Source of the DNA: Aquifex aeolicus VF5
GTDB lineage: Bacteria > Aquificota > Aquificia > Aquificales > Aquificaceae
Assembly: GCF_000008625.1 (NCBI RefSeq)
Contig: NC_000918.1
Span: forward strand, 1,110,001-1,142,000
DNA length: 32,000 nucleotides
Direction: 5' to 3'
In this document: positions 1 through 9,107 of the stretch, piece after piece
Layout of the letters: every line of letters begins with the position of its first letter
Numbering within the stretch: position 1 is the stretch's first letter
Position numbers and translations under genes: made by a program
The notes under the pieces: model-generated
The model's database searches: none
Seen by the model: only the letters and a program-made list of their open reading frames with translations
What the model was told of the DNA's origin: nothing

Positions 1-299
1 ACCTCGGAGCGGGAATGACCGGCGGACACGCCTACGTCCTTGACGATGAACTCGATAAAAAGCTCAACTACGCCTATGTTTACGCAAGAAGATTGGTGGG
101 AGAAGAAGAAATTAAGGAGCTCAGAGAGTTAATTGAAAAACACTACGAGTACACAAAGAGCCCGAAGGCTAAGGAAATTCTGGAAAACTGGGAAGAATAC
201 GTGAAGAAGTTCTGGAAGGTCATTCCCTTGGAGCAGTGTTCCAGAGACCCCTACGGTGATTCCGACGCTTGCGAAGTAGAGTTCCTCGGAAGGAAATAA
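1..299 (+). CDS. gltB: Glutamate synthase large subunit, C-terminal fragment (5' end lies outside the window)
   Basis: The frame is open from base 3 (LGAGMTGGHAYVLDD...). The GMTGG..YVLD motif and the ..ILENWEEYVKKFWKV tail resemble the C-terminal beta-helix domain of GltB. Stop is TAA 297-299. Confidence 0.65.
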   Translation, partial: LGAGMTGGHAYVLDDELDKKLNYAYVYARRLVGEEEIKELRELIEKHYEYTKSPKAKEILENWEEYVKKFWKVIPLEQCSRDPYGDSDACEVEFLGRK

Positions 300-1405
300 A
301 GTCCTTAGCCTTTGCCCTTTACGACACCGGGGAGACCATCCTCGGTGCCCTCGTTGTTTCTACCTTCTTTCCCTTATTTATCACAAAACACATAGACGTT
401 AAAATCTACAGCCTGAGCTATGGAATTTCCTTACTCGCTTCCTTTGCACTTGCCATATTTTTGGGCAAGCTTGCCGACGAAAATGCACTCAGGAAAAAGT
501 TCTTTACCCTGTTTTCCCTTCTGACTTCCCTATTTTTGAGCTCCATAGCCCTTTTATACGGAACGCCCTATCTCGCACTCCTTTCCTTCCTACTTATGCT
601 CATCTCGCACCAGCAGGCGATGGTCTTTTACAACTCCCTTCTTCTGAACTTTGAAAACAAAGGCTTTGCTTCGGGACTCGGAGTATCCTTCGGATACGTA
701 GGCTCTGCGATAGCCCTTATATTTCTAGCAGACAAACTAAAAGAGCCAGAAGTTTACGCAGTGGTAGGATTGATATTCCTGATTTTGGCTGTGCCTTCGA
801 TAATTACCTTGGAAAATCCTGAAATCTCTGCAAAGATTTCCCTGAAAGAAATTTTCGGAGACAGAACCTTTCTCCTCTTTTTACTCTCTCTTTTAACTTT
901 AACGGAGGTTGCAAACACCTTAATCGCTATGATGGGGGTTTATCTCAGGGAAGTTTACTCTTTGGAGAGTGTAGAAATTTACAGAATTATCGGGTTTTCA
1001 GCTCTGGGAGGGGTTTTAGGGGGCATCTTCTGGGGCGTTTTGACAGATAAACTAAATGTAAACAGGGTATTCCCTTTAGGTTTTTTCCTCTGGTCTTTCT
1101 TCTTTATACTTCTGTTTTTTGCAAAGAAAGATTACCTGATTTTCGTTGGGCTTTTGGCGGGTTTTTCACTAGCACACCTCTGGAGCACTTCACGGGTTTA
1201 CATCCTTGAGAACTTTCCAAAAGAGAGCGTTTCTGTGAGGATGTCCTTCCTCTCTTTAACTGAACGTGTAGCTTCAAGCTTCGGGCTCTTTTTGTGGAGT
1301 TTTTTCCTGTTTATTACGCAGGACAACTTCAGACTCTCAGCTCTTCTTATGGGAACTTTGCCTTTAATTGGTTTTTTCATTTACTTAAAAACGAAGTTAG
1401 ATTAA
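269..1405 (+). CDS. Polytopic membrane transporter, MFS-like
   Basis: 378 aa with about 10-12 hydrophobic segments throughout. The only plausible start is TTG at 269, which overlaps the gltB 3' end; there is no internal ATG for about 110 codons. The family assignment is by general appearance only. Confidence 0.55.
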
Positions 1406-1449
1406 AAAAAAATGCAATCACTAAAACTTTTCTCACTAATATTTATAAT

Positions 1450-1680
1450 ATGGGCTACAAGGAACTACTTCTGGAATGCCAGAAACTCCTGAACGAAGGA
1501 GACTTTGAGGGAATGATAAAAAAACTTGAAGAACTCTCAAAGATGGAACCCTCTTCAAAAGAGGAAGCTGAAGAAAGCTTAAAACTTCTGGACTTCCTTA
1601 TAGAAGAAGTGAAGAAGAGACAAGAAGAGATATTCAACAAGATGGTAAATTACCAGAAGTTTAAAAATTACCTGAGGTAA
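1450..1680 (+). CDS. Small helical hypothetical protein (76 aa)
   Basis: The ATG at 1450 lies inside the track ORF 1294-1680; the upstream part of that ORF overlaps the transporter and is implausible. The composition is K/E/L-rich and typical of the genome. There is no SD, and TATAAT lies directly before the ATG. Confidence 0.4.
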
Positions 1681-1684
1681 GAGG

Positions 1685-2365
1685 ATGTACTTTTACGATA
1701 TCAACAACGAGAAGAGACTCTGGCTTCACCTTCACGGACTTGCGACAAACGTCCTCGGAAGGAAGATAGAGTTTTTGAGGAATTACTTTAAGGAAAAGAA
1801 GCTTTATTCGTTTTTTGCGAATGATATGGACTACGAAAAGCACACAACTACAAACACCTTGGATTTTTTGGAAGTTCTCGTCAGAGGATTTTCCCAGAAG
1901 TTTGAAGAAATTACCCTTTGCGGGAGTTCCCACGGCGGTTACATAGCGATGAACTATGTAAGGAAAAGGCCTCTCTTTAATGTAAAGAGACTCGTCTTAC
2001 TCGCACCCTCATACAACACACTATCCCTGATAATTAAAGAGCTCGGAGAAGATAAGGTAAAGCCATGGCTTGAGGGAAAGGAAGAACTCACCATACTTGA
2101 AGAGGACAGGGAAGTGACCTTTATAAAGGATTGGGCAAAGGACATAATACAGAACGACTACGAGATTATAAAAGACGGAAGGGTGGATTTCCCCGAAGAG
2201 CCTCCCGTGGAAATAGTGATAATGCACGGGATAAGGGACGATATAGTGCCAATCCATTATTCCGAGACCTTTGCAAAGAGCGTAAAGGTGAAAAAATTCC
2301 TCAAAGTGGACGACGACCACCAGCTAAACGAAAGTCTGCAGAAGTATATAGAAGAACTCCTTTAG
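1685..2365 (+). CDS. Alpha/beta-hydrolase fold esterase (YqiA-like)
   Basis: Nucleophile elbow GSSHGG, an acidic residue in HGIRDDIV and a His in DDDHQL form a Ser-Asp-His triad in the canonical order. The N-terminal LHLHG strand is also present. Confidence 0.6.
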   Translation: MYFYDINNEKRLWLHLHGLATNVLGRKIEFLRNYFKEKKLYSFFANDMDYEKHTTTNTLDFLEVLVRGFSQKFEEITLCGSSHGGYIAMNYVRKRPLFNVKRLVLLAPSYNTLSLIIKELGEDKVKPWLEGKEELTILEEDREVTFIKDWAKDIIQNDYEIIKDGRVDFPEEPPVEIVIMHGIRDDIVPIHYSETFAKSVKVKKFLKVDDDHQLNESLQKYIEELL

Positions 2366-2805
2366 ATTTTGCTGAGGACGAACTCTCCAATAGGATTTTT
2401 AAACTCTTCGTCTCCGAGGTGGTATGCGGTCCAGAGGTGCAGACACCTAACTTTAAAGGGCTTCGTTCTGAAGTTTCTAATTCCCCCTATGCCTATGTTT
2501 TTGTCGAGCAATACCTTTTTGCACACCATGTCCCACTTTCCTTGACCATGGTAAATTTCGGGAAAGTCACGCTTCAGGATTTCTTCCCGTTTCTTTACCT
2601 CCTTCTCGTGAAGGGAGACGAAGAAGTTAAAGAGTTCCTCGTCCTTAGTGATTTCTTCAGATAGTTTTTTTATATAGCCTTCTGACTCAAGCTTAGAAAC
2701 CGCTTTCTTTAACTCTGGCTCCAATATCCAGAACCTTGTGGGCTCTGGTCTGTAAATGCCGTTCTCAAATACAACTATCGGATTTTCTACTACTTCAATC
2801 TTCAT
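2362..2805 (-). CDS. Uncharacterised protein, DUF501-like
   Basis: 147 aa. The motif GIGGIR...FKVRCLHLWTAYHLG resembles the GG...VKCLH signature I associate with DUF501. Its 3' end overlaps the convergent esterase gene by 4 nt. Confidence 0.45.
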   Translation of the reverse strand: MKIEVVENPIVVFENGIYRPEPTRFWILEPELKKAVSKLESEGYIKKLSEEITKDEELFNFFVSLHEKEVKKREEILKRDFPEIYHGQGKWDMVCKKVLLDKNIGIGGIRNFRTKPFKVRCLHLWTAYHLGDEEFKNPIGEFVLSKI

Positions 2806-2818
2806 ATATTATATAAAT

Positions 2819-3568
2819 ATGGCAGGACACAGCCACTGGGCGCAGATTAAGCACAAGAAGGCAAAGGTAGACGCACAAAGAGGTAAACTCTTCAGCAAGT
2901 TAATAAGAGAAATTATAGTAGCTACGAGACTCGGAGGACCAAATCCCGAGTTCAACCCGAGACTAAGGACCGCAATAGAGCAGGCTAAAAAGGCTAATAT
3001 GCCCTGGGAAAACATAGAAAGGGCTATAAAGAAAGGAGCCGGTGAACTTGAAGGAGAGCAGTTTGAAGAGGTTATATACGAGGGATACGCCCCGGGCGGA
3101 GTTGCGGTAATGGTTCTCGCAACCACGGACAACAGGAACAGGACCACCTCGGAAGTGAGACACGTATTTACGAAGCACGGAGGAAACTTGGGAGCTTCGG
3201 GATGCGTTTCTTACCTTTTTGAAAGAAAGGGATACATAGAAGTTCCCGCAAAAGAAGTATCCGAGGAAGAACTCCTTGAAAAGGCGATAGAGGTCGGTGC
3301 GGAAGATGTCCAGCCAGGCGAAGAGGTACACATAATATACACCGTTCCCGAAGAACTCTACGAAGTGAAGGAAAATCTCGAAAAACTCGGCGTTCCTATT
3401 GAAAAGGCTCAGATTACGTGGAAGCCCATATCAACAGTTCAAATAAACGACGAGGAAACCGCCCAAAAGGTAATTAAACTCTTAAACGCTCTTGAAGAAC
3501 TTGACGACGTCCAGCAAGTAATAGCCAATTTTGAAATACCCGAAGAAATACTTCAGAAGGTTGGCTAA
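2819..3568 (+). CDS. yebC: YebC/PmpR-family transcriptional regulator or translation factor
   Basis: The N-terminus MAGHSHWAQIKHKKAKVDAQRGKLFSKL is the hallmark of the family. The ATG at 2819 lies inside the longer track ORF. Confidence 0.9.
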   Translation: MAGHSHWAQIKHKKAKVDAQRGKLFSKLIREIIVATRLGGPNPEFNPRLRTAIEQAKKANMPWENIERAIKKGAGELEGEQFEEVIYEGYAPGGVAVMVLATTDNRNRTTSEVRHVFTKHGGNLGASGCVSYLFERKGYIEVPAKEVSEEELLEKAIEVGAEDVQPGEEVHIIYTVPEELYEVKENLEKLGVPIEKAQITWKPISTVQINDEETAQKVIKLLNALEELDDVQQVIANFEIPEEILQKVG

Positions 3569-3600
3569 TCCCTCTCTTTTCCTTAAATTTTCCTTATCCG

Positions 3601-4878
3601 ATGTTTGTAAAGTTACTTCCTCCTGAAGTAAGAAAGGTAATAGCGGCCGGAGAAGTTATAGAATCTCCTGTTGACGTCGTAAAGGAACTCGTTGAGAATT
3701 CTCTGGACGCAAAGGCGACAAAAGTAGAGGTAGAAATCGTAAAAGGCGGGAAGAGGCTAATAAGGGTCAAAGACAACGGTACAGGAATACACCCCGAAGA
3801 TGTTGAAAAGGTGGTCCTGCAGGGAGCGACGAGTAAGATAGAGACCGAAAAGGATTTGATGAACATAAGCACTTACGGATTTCGCGGTGAGGCCCTTTAC
3901 TCCATATCAAGCGTAAGCAAGTTTAAACTCCGTTCCCGTTTTTTCCAAGAAAAGGAAGGAAAGGAAATAGAAGTAGAAGCGGGAAACATACTCGGGACGA
4001 GAAGAGTGGGAATGCCCGTGGGAACGGAAGTTGAGGTGAGGGATCTCTTTTTCAATCTCCCCGTCAGGAGAAAGTTCTTAAAAAAGGAGGATACCGAAAG
4101 GAGAAAGGTACTGGAACTTATCAAGGAGTACGCCCTCACAAATCCAGAAGTTGAGTTCACACTCTTTTCCGAAGGCAGGGAAACCCTGAAACTGAAAAAG
4201 TCAAGTTTAAAGGAAAGAGTTGAGGAAGTTTTCCAGACAAAAACAGAGGAACTTTACGCAGAGAGAGAAGGAATAACGCTCAGGGCTTTTGTTTCAAGAA
4301 ACCAAAGACAGGGAAAGTATTATGTCTTTATAAACAAAAGACCTATTCAGAATAAGAACTTAAAGGAGTTCCTGAGGAAGGTTTTCGGTTACAAAACTCT
4401 AGTAGTTCTTTACGCAGAGCTCCCTCCCTTTATGGTTGACTTCAACGTCCACCCCAAGAAAAAGGAAGTGAACATACTGAAGGAGAGAAAGTTCCTTGAA
4501 CTTGTAAGAGAACTCGCGGGAAAAGAGAAACCTATCGTAGATATTCCCCTCTCTCAACCTGTGAAAACTTACAAGCCCACATACGAGATACTCGGGCAGA
4601 TGGACGAGACCTTTATCCTCGTGAAGGATTCCGAATACCTGTACTTCGTGGACCAGCACCTCCTTGAAGAGAGGATAAACTACGAAAAACTGAAGGACGA
4701 AAACTTAGCCTGCAGGATTTCCGTAAAGGCGGGACAAAAGCTCTCGGAAGAGAAAATCAGAGAACTCATTAAAACCTGGAGAAACTTGGAAAATCCCCAC
4801 GTTTGCCCCCACGGAAGACCCATATACTACAAAATACCCCTGAGGGAAATATACGAAAAAGTAGGCAGGAATTACTGA
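3601..4878 (+). CDS. mutL: DNA mismatch repair endonuclease MutL (compact, 425 aa)
   Basis: GHKL ATPase motifs ELVENSLDA, DNGTGI and GFRGEAL are present. C-terminal endonuclease motifs DQHLLEERINYE (DQHA-x2-E-x4-E type) and CPHGRP are also present. Confidence 0.9.
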   Translation: MFVKLLPPEVRKVIAAGEVIESPVDVVKELVENSLDAKATKVEVEIVKGGKRLIRVKDNGTGIHPEDVEKVVLQGATSKIETEKDLMNISTYGFRGEALYSISSVSKFKLRSRFFQEKEGKEIEVEAGNILGTRRVGMPVGTEVEVRDLFFNLPVRRKFLKKEDTERRKVLELIKEYALTNPEVEFTLFSEGRETLKLKKSSLKERVEEVFQTKTEELYAEREGITLRAFVSRNQRQGKYYVFINKRPIQNKNLKEFLRKVFGYKTLVVLYAELPPFMVDFNVHPKKKEVNILKERKFLELVRELAGKEKPIVDIPLSQPVKTYKPTYEILGQMDETFILVKDSEYLYFVDQHLLEERINYEKLKDENLACRISVKAGQKLSEEKIRELIKTWRNLENPHVCPHGRPIYYKIPLREIYEKVGRNY

Positions 4879-4895
4879 AGGTGGTAAATTAATCC

Positions 4896-5450
4896 TTGAT
4901 GAGGATACAAAACTTTTTCTCTCCCAACATTCCCCTGAAAACCACGAGGAAAGAGCACATAAGGGGGGATTTTTACTCGGAACTTAAAAGCTTTAAGCCC
5001 GTAATTGAAAGAAATACAATATCCTTGCAAAATCCCTACTCCTCTCCAATAAAATCTCAGATAAACAAGGAGTATATAAAGGAACTTGCGAGAAAGAAGG
5101 CGCAGAAATACGGCGTCCCCCTAAATATAGTCCTCGCAATTATAGAAAAGGAAAGCTCTTTTAACCCTAAGGCTTACAACAAAAACAAGGACGGGACAGA
5201 AGACGTAGGCCTAATGCAGATAAACTTCCAGCACAACAAAAGACTCATGAGGGAGTACGGCGTAAACTCACCCGAGGAGCTTTACGACCCGGAACTGAAC
5301 CTTGAACTCGGTGTGAGAATACTTTACGAAAACTACAAAAGGTACGGTTCGTGGGAGCTTGCCGTAAAGGCTTACAACGGGATAAGGGCGGATAACTGGG
5401 ATTACGTAAAAAATGTTATGGAAAGGGCTAAAAAGTACGTAAACTTATAG
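4896..5450 (+). CDS. Soluble lytic transglycosylase domain protein
   Basis: SLT motifs IEKESSFNPKA (catalytic Glu-Ser), GLMQIN and AYNGI. The start is TTG 4896 or ATG 4899, with the SD AGGTGG upstream. Confidence 0.8.
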   Translation: MMRIQNFFSPNIPLKTTRKEHIRGDFYSELKSFKPVIERNTISLQNPYSSPIKSQINKEYIKELARKKAQKYGVPLNIVLAIIEKESSFNPKAYNKNKDGTEDVGLMQINFQHNKRLMREYGVNSPEELYDPELNLELGVRILYENYKRYGSWELAVKAYNGIRADNWDYVKNVMERAKKYVNL

Positions 5451-5452
5451 AA

Positions 5453-6148
5453 ATGGCAAGAATTTGTGTTGCTCTGGACGTCCCCTGGGAAAGGGCTATA
5501 AAGATAGTAAAAGACCTTTACGACTTCTTTGAAACATATCCCCTTATCTTAAAAATCGGACACAAGATTTACCTTGAAAAGGGCGGAGACGCTGTAAAGG
5601 AACTCAAGGAGGACTTTCCTTACGAGGTGTTCCTCGATTTAAAACTCCATGACATCCCTTCGGTTGTAGGACTTGCCGTTGAAAAGATCAGTGAACTGGG
5701 AACGGATTACACCACGGTTCATCTGCTCGGCGGTCCGGAAATGGTAAAGGAAGCGGTAAAGAACAAGGGAAGCATGAAAATCCTCGGTGTTACTATACTC
5801 ACCTCGCACGACGAGAACTACATAAAGTTTTTAAAAAGCAACTTTGAAGATATAAAGAACTTCACCCTTTACCTCGCAAGAGTTGGTATAGAAAACGGCG
5901 TTGACGGAGTTGTTTGCTCAGGTGAAGAAGTTGAGTTCTTAAAGAAGAACATAGAAAAGGACTTCATAGCGGTAGTTCCGGGAATAAGGATTAAAAAGGA
6001 AAAGAGGCACGACCAGAAGAGGGTTCTCACACCCGCGGAGGCAAAGAAAAGGGGAGCAGACGTTATAGTAATCGGAAGGGAAATTACAGAGAGCAAGAAT
6101 CCCGTCTACGTGGTAGAAAGGGCTCTAAAGATGATGGGAGAGATATGA
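5453..6148 (+). CDS. pyrF: Orotidine 5'-phosphate decarboxylase
   Basis: ICVALDV, DLKLHDIP (active-site Lys/Asp) and the VIVIGREI phosphate-binding end; 231 aa. Confidence 0.85.
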   Translation: MARICVALDVPWERAIKIVKDLYDFFETYPLILKIGHKIYLEKGGDAVKELKEDFPYEVFLDLKLHDIPSVVGLAVEKISELGTDYTTVHLLGGPEMVKEAVKNKGSMKILGVTILTSHDENYIKFLKSNFEDIKNFTLYLARVGIENGVDGVVCSGEEVEFLKKNIEKDFIAVVPGIRIKKEKRHDQKRVLTPAEAKKRGADVIVIGREITESKNPVYVVERALKMMGEI

Positions 6149-6648
6149 AAAAGCTTTTAATTTTATTAACCTTTGTCTCCTTTGTCTTTTCTAAGACCTT
6201 TTACTACGACGTTTACGTCTTCTTTTTCAGAGTTGGAGAGATAAAAATTCAAATTGACAAAGAAAAAAGTTACGCCGAGGGAAAAACACTTGAAAGTATG
6301 AAGTGGCTTTACTCTTACGATTTTAGATTTTACGAGGAAAAAGGAGACATGAAACTCTATGAGAGAGAAAAGGAAAAAGTGAGAGTTTTCGGAAAGGATA
6401 AGATTTACGAAAAGAAGCCGTGGATACCCTTACTGGTGGATTACTTAAAGACGGGAAAGGTGAAGGAAAATAACCTCTTTAAAGTTAAAAAAGAAGGGAA
6501 TAAATTTATCGTTATTCCGCTGAAAAGCAAAAGAGTAAAAAAAATTATCCTTAAGGACGGAAAAGTTCCTAAAGAAATAGTAATTCACGGGAAGGTTAAG
6601 ATAAAGTTAAAACTCAGAAAGGCGGAAGATGATAAGGGAACTGTTTGA
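6145..6648 (+). CDS. Exported hypothetical protein
   Basis: N-terminal signal-like segment MKKLLILLTFVSFVFS followed by a K-rich beta-looking body. ATGA overlap with the pyrF stop. No family recognised with confidence. Confidence 0.5.
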   Translation: MKKLLILLTFVSFVFSKTFYYDVYVFFFRVGEIKIQIDKEKSYAEGKTLESMKWLYSYDFRFYEEKGDMKLYEREKEKVRVFGKDKIYEKKPWIPLLVDYLKTGKVKENNLFKVKKEGNKFIVIPLKSKRVKKIILKDGKVPKEIVIHGKVKIKLKLRKAEDDKGTV

Positions 6649-7219
6649 AAAGGAAGGATTTACTCTGGACGAAGAACAGGAAAGAAAGTTCTCAATTTAC
6701 CTGCAAGAACTCCTGAGGTGGAACAAAGTTCACAACTTAACATCTATAAAAAAACCCGAAGAAATCGTGAGGAGGCACTTTATAGACAGCGTGAGCGTCG
6801 TGAGGTGCTTTGAAAGAATAGGACTTGACTTGAGGGGAAAGCACTTTGCGGACGTAGGGAGCGGAGCGGGATTTCCCGGCGTTCCTCTAAAGATTTACCT
6901 CAAAGACATAAAACTCACCCTAATAGAGTCTGTTTCCAAGAAGTGTTCTTTTCTGGAGTACCTGAAGATTAAACTAAATGAAGATTACAGGGTTCTCTGC
7001 ACTAGGGCGGAAAAGGTTGAAGAAAAGTTTGACGTGGTACTCGCAAGGGCACTGGGAGAGTTTGAAGAGGTAAAAGAAATTTTAGAAAAATTGAGCATAG
7101 GGTACGTATTCGTGTACAAGGGAAGCAAGTTGAAAGAGGAGTGGCTAAAGGATTACAAACTTTGTGAATTGTCACTGAGTTTTATGCCAAAATCCTATAT
7201 ACTGTGGAAGAAGGTATAA
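6629..7219 (+). CDS. rsmG: 16S rRNA (guanine527-N7)-methyltransferase RsmG/GidB
   Basis: The N-terminal ...LLRWNKVHNLTSI and the SAM-binding motif DVGSGAGFPGVPLKI are characteristic; 196 aa. Confidence 0.85.
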   Translation: MIRELFEKEGFTLDEEQERKFSIYLQELLRWNKVHNLTSIKKPEEIVRRHFIDSVSVVRCFERIGLDLRGKHFADVGSGAGFPGVPLKIYLKDIKLTLIESVSKKCSFLEYLKIKLNEDYRVLCTRAEKVEEKFDVVLARALGEFEEVKEILEKLSIGYVFVYKGSKLKEEWLKDYKLCELSLSFMPKSYILWKKV

Positions 7220-7221
7220 AG

Positions 7222-7893
7222 ATGGGAACTAAACTCACTTCTCTCTTCAAGGAGGGTGAAAAGTACCAGATTAACACAAAGTACAAGGAATTACCTATAA
7301 AGACGAACCTCAAACTCCTCTGGATAGATGAAAATATGAAACTCCTCGGCTTTTCAATAGGAGCCTGTGTCTTTAAAGGGGCTTTCACTCCGGGAACTGA
7401 AGTTTACATAAAGATAAACGGCAAGTATGCGTACGGAAAAGTGTTCTCCTGTAGTAATGAGCTGGTTATTGAGTTCAAAGAAATTAGGAAAGAACCCGAA
7501 TTTATCAGAAGGAGAACCGTAAGGGTTGAACCTGATCCAGCAAACCCCGTTGTAGTTGAACTGAAAGTTGACAGTTACTCCATAAAGACAAAGGCAAAGG
7601 ATATAAGCGAAACAGGTGTGGGAGTGATACTGGAAAAAGACAAGCCCGAAAGTGCGGAGGTAATAGACATAATCCAGAAGAACCCGAATTCCTGGTTTGA
7701 CCTCTACGTTCACCTTCCCAAACACGGAACCGCACACGCAAAGGGAAGAGTCAGGAACCTGAGTATAGAGGAGGAAGGAATATACATAAGAATAGGTTTT
7801 GAAGCGGAGTACTCAAAGGAGGACAGGGAAAAGGTAAGAAGGTACGTATTTGAAAGACAGCAGGAGATAATAAAATCCCTGAAAATGTTATGA
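7222..7893 (+). CDS. PilZ-domain protein (putative c-di-GMP receptor, YcgR-like two-domain layout)
   Basis: An RxxxR motif (IRRRTVRV) is followed 25 aa later by DxSxxG (DISETGVGV), in the C-terminal half of a protein of about 224 aa. ATG 7222 lies 2 nt after the rsmG stop; GTG 7204 is an alternative start. Confidence 0.72.
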   Translation: MGTKLTSLFKEGEKYQINTKYKELPIKTNLKLLWIDENMKLLGFSIGACVFKGAFTPGTEVYIKINGKYAYGKVFSCSNELVIEFKEIRKEPEFIRRRTVRVEPDPANPVVVELKVDSYSIKTKAKDISETGVGVILEKDKPESAEVIDIIQKNPNSWFDLYVHLPKHGTAHAKGRVRNLSIEEEGIYIRIGFEAEYSKEDREKVRRYVFERQQEIIKSLKML

Positions 7894-9074
7894 GCCTTTA
7901 CCTGAAAGTAGTCTTAAGGTACCTATTTCACGCAAAGGGAAGTTCCCTTTTTATGACCTTCATGTCTTTCTTCGGTATTTTCCTGAGCGTAAACGCCATA
8001 ATCCTTACCTTAGGTGTATTTTCCGGATTTCAGGACGAACTCAAGAATAAAATCCTTTCAAAAACTCCACACCTCGTGATAACACTCTATTCCGATTACG
8101 AAAGGGAAAGAATAAAGGAAGTCTTAGAAAAGGAAAAAGAAGTTGAGTACTTCTTGAGTTTCGTGGTTTACAACGCTTTCCTTTCAAGTGGCGAAGTTAT
8201 CCAAAGCGTGAGCGTAAAGGCTATAGATTACAAAGACGGGGAATTTCAGAAATTCATAAAGAGATTTTTAACGGAAGGAGGTACGAAAGGTCTCATACTC
8301 GGAAAAGGGATTGCAGAGGTTTTCGGACTTTTGGTAGGCGATGAGGTAAGCCTCATATCCCCTTTCGGTATCAGGACACCTACGGGAGTAATACCGAAGG
8401 TAAAGAAGTTCAGAGTTGGAGGGATTTTTTACACGGGTTCCTACGATAAGGACTACGCGGTAGTTTACATGAACCTGAAAGACGCCAAAGAGTTCTTCAA
8501 AAGGGATTACGGAGTTAACTTTACGGAAGTTTACATAAAAGACCCCTACAGAGCGGATATCGTAAAAGAAAAGGTGAAAAAAGAACTCGGTGAGCGCGTA
8601 GTCGTCCGCTCTTGGATAGACCTGAACAAACCCCTCTTCAATGCCCTTGAACTTGAAAAGCTCGGACTTTTCTTTATCCTCCTCCTGATGGTTGTAGTTG
8701 CCTCTTTTAACATAACGAGTCTCCTCTTCGTAAAGGTAAAGGAAAAAGTAAGGGATATCGCGGTATTTAAAACCTTCGGAATGAAAAAGAGACAGGTTTT
8801 AATGATATTCCTCTCCTTAGGGCTCTTTATCGGCACGGTGGGAGCAATTTCGGGCGTAATCAGTGCCTACGTACTCGCCTACTTCATAAACGAGTACAAA
8901 CTCATAAGAGTGTCTGAAGAGGTCTACATGATGAGTTACATCCCCGCTCACATAAAGTTGAAGGACGTCCTTGCTACGCTCCTCGGAGCACTCTTGCTTT
9001 CTTTTATATCCTCACTCATTCCGGCTCTCAGGGCTTCCAAGGAGAAGGTTATAGAAGTTTTGAGAAAAGAGTAA
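7890..9074 (+). CDS. lolC: Lipoprotein-releasing ABC transporter permease, LolC/LolE (FtsX/MacB-type)
   Basis: One N-terminal TM segment, a large periplasmic domain, three C-terminal TM segments, and the conserved tail LIPALRASKEKVIEVLRKE. Confidence 0.8.
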   Translation: MSLYLKVVLRYLFHAKGSSLFMTFMSFFGIFLSVNAIILTLGVFSGFQDELKNKILSKTPHLVITLYSDYERERIKEVLEKEKEVEYFLSFVVYNAFLSSGEVIQSVSVKAIDYKDGEFQKFIKRFLTEGGTKGLILGKGIAEVFGLLVGDEVSLISPFGIRTPTGVIPKVKKFRVGGIFYTGSYDKDYAVVYMNLKDAKEFFKRDYGVNFTEVYIKDPYRADIVKEKVKKELGERVVVRSWIDLNKPLFNALELEKLGLFFILLLMVVVASFNITSLLFVKVKEKVRDIAVFKTFGMKKRQVLMIFLSLGLFIGTVGAISGVISAYVLAYFINEYKLIRVSEEVYMMSYIPAHIKLKDVLATLLGALLLSFISSLIPALRASKEKVIEVLRKE

Positions 9075-9088
9075 GGTATTGCTATAAT
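9060..9088 (+). promoter_or_regulatory. Sigma-70-type promoter for the atp b'-b-delta cluster
   Basis: TTGAGA (9060-9065), a 17-nt spacer, then TATAAT (9083-9088). The SD GGAGGAG and ATG 9108 follow. The -35 element lies inside the lolC 3' end. Confidence 0.55.
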
Positions 9089-9107
9089 TGTTTAGCGGAG
9101 GAGAAGA

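Noticed and set aside
1294-1449. Upstream part of track ORF 1294-1680, and similarly 14310-14465 of ORF 14310-14672
   Set aside because: These portions overlap the 3' end of the transporter gene or the antisense of fliH. Internal ATGs at 1450 and 14466 give compact ORFs that fit the gaps.
2131-2664. 177-aa plus-strand ORF spanning the esterase 3' end and the DUF501-like gene
   Set aside because: It is out of frame with or antisense to two better-supported genes. Its R/G/S-rich low-complexity translation is typical of an alternative frame of K/E-rich coding DNA.
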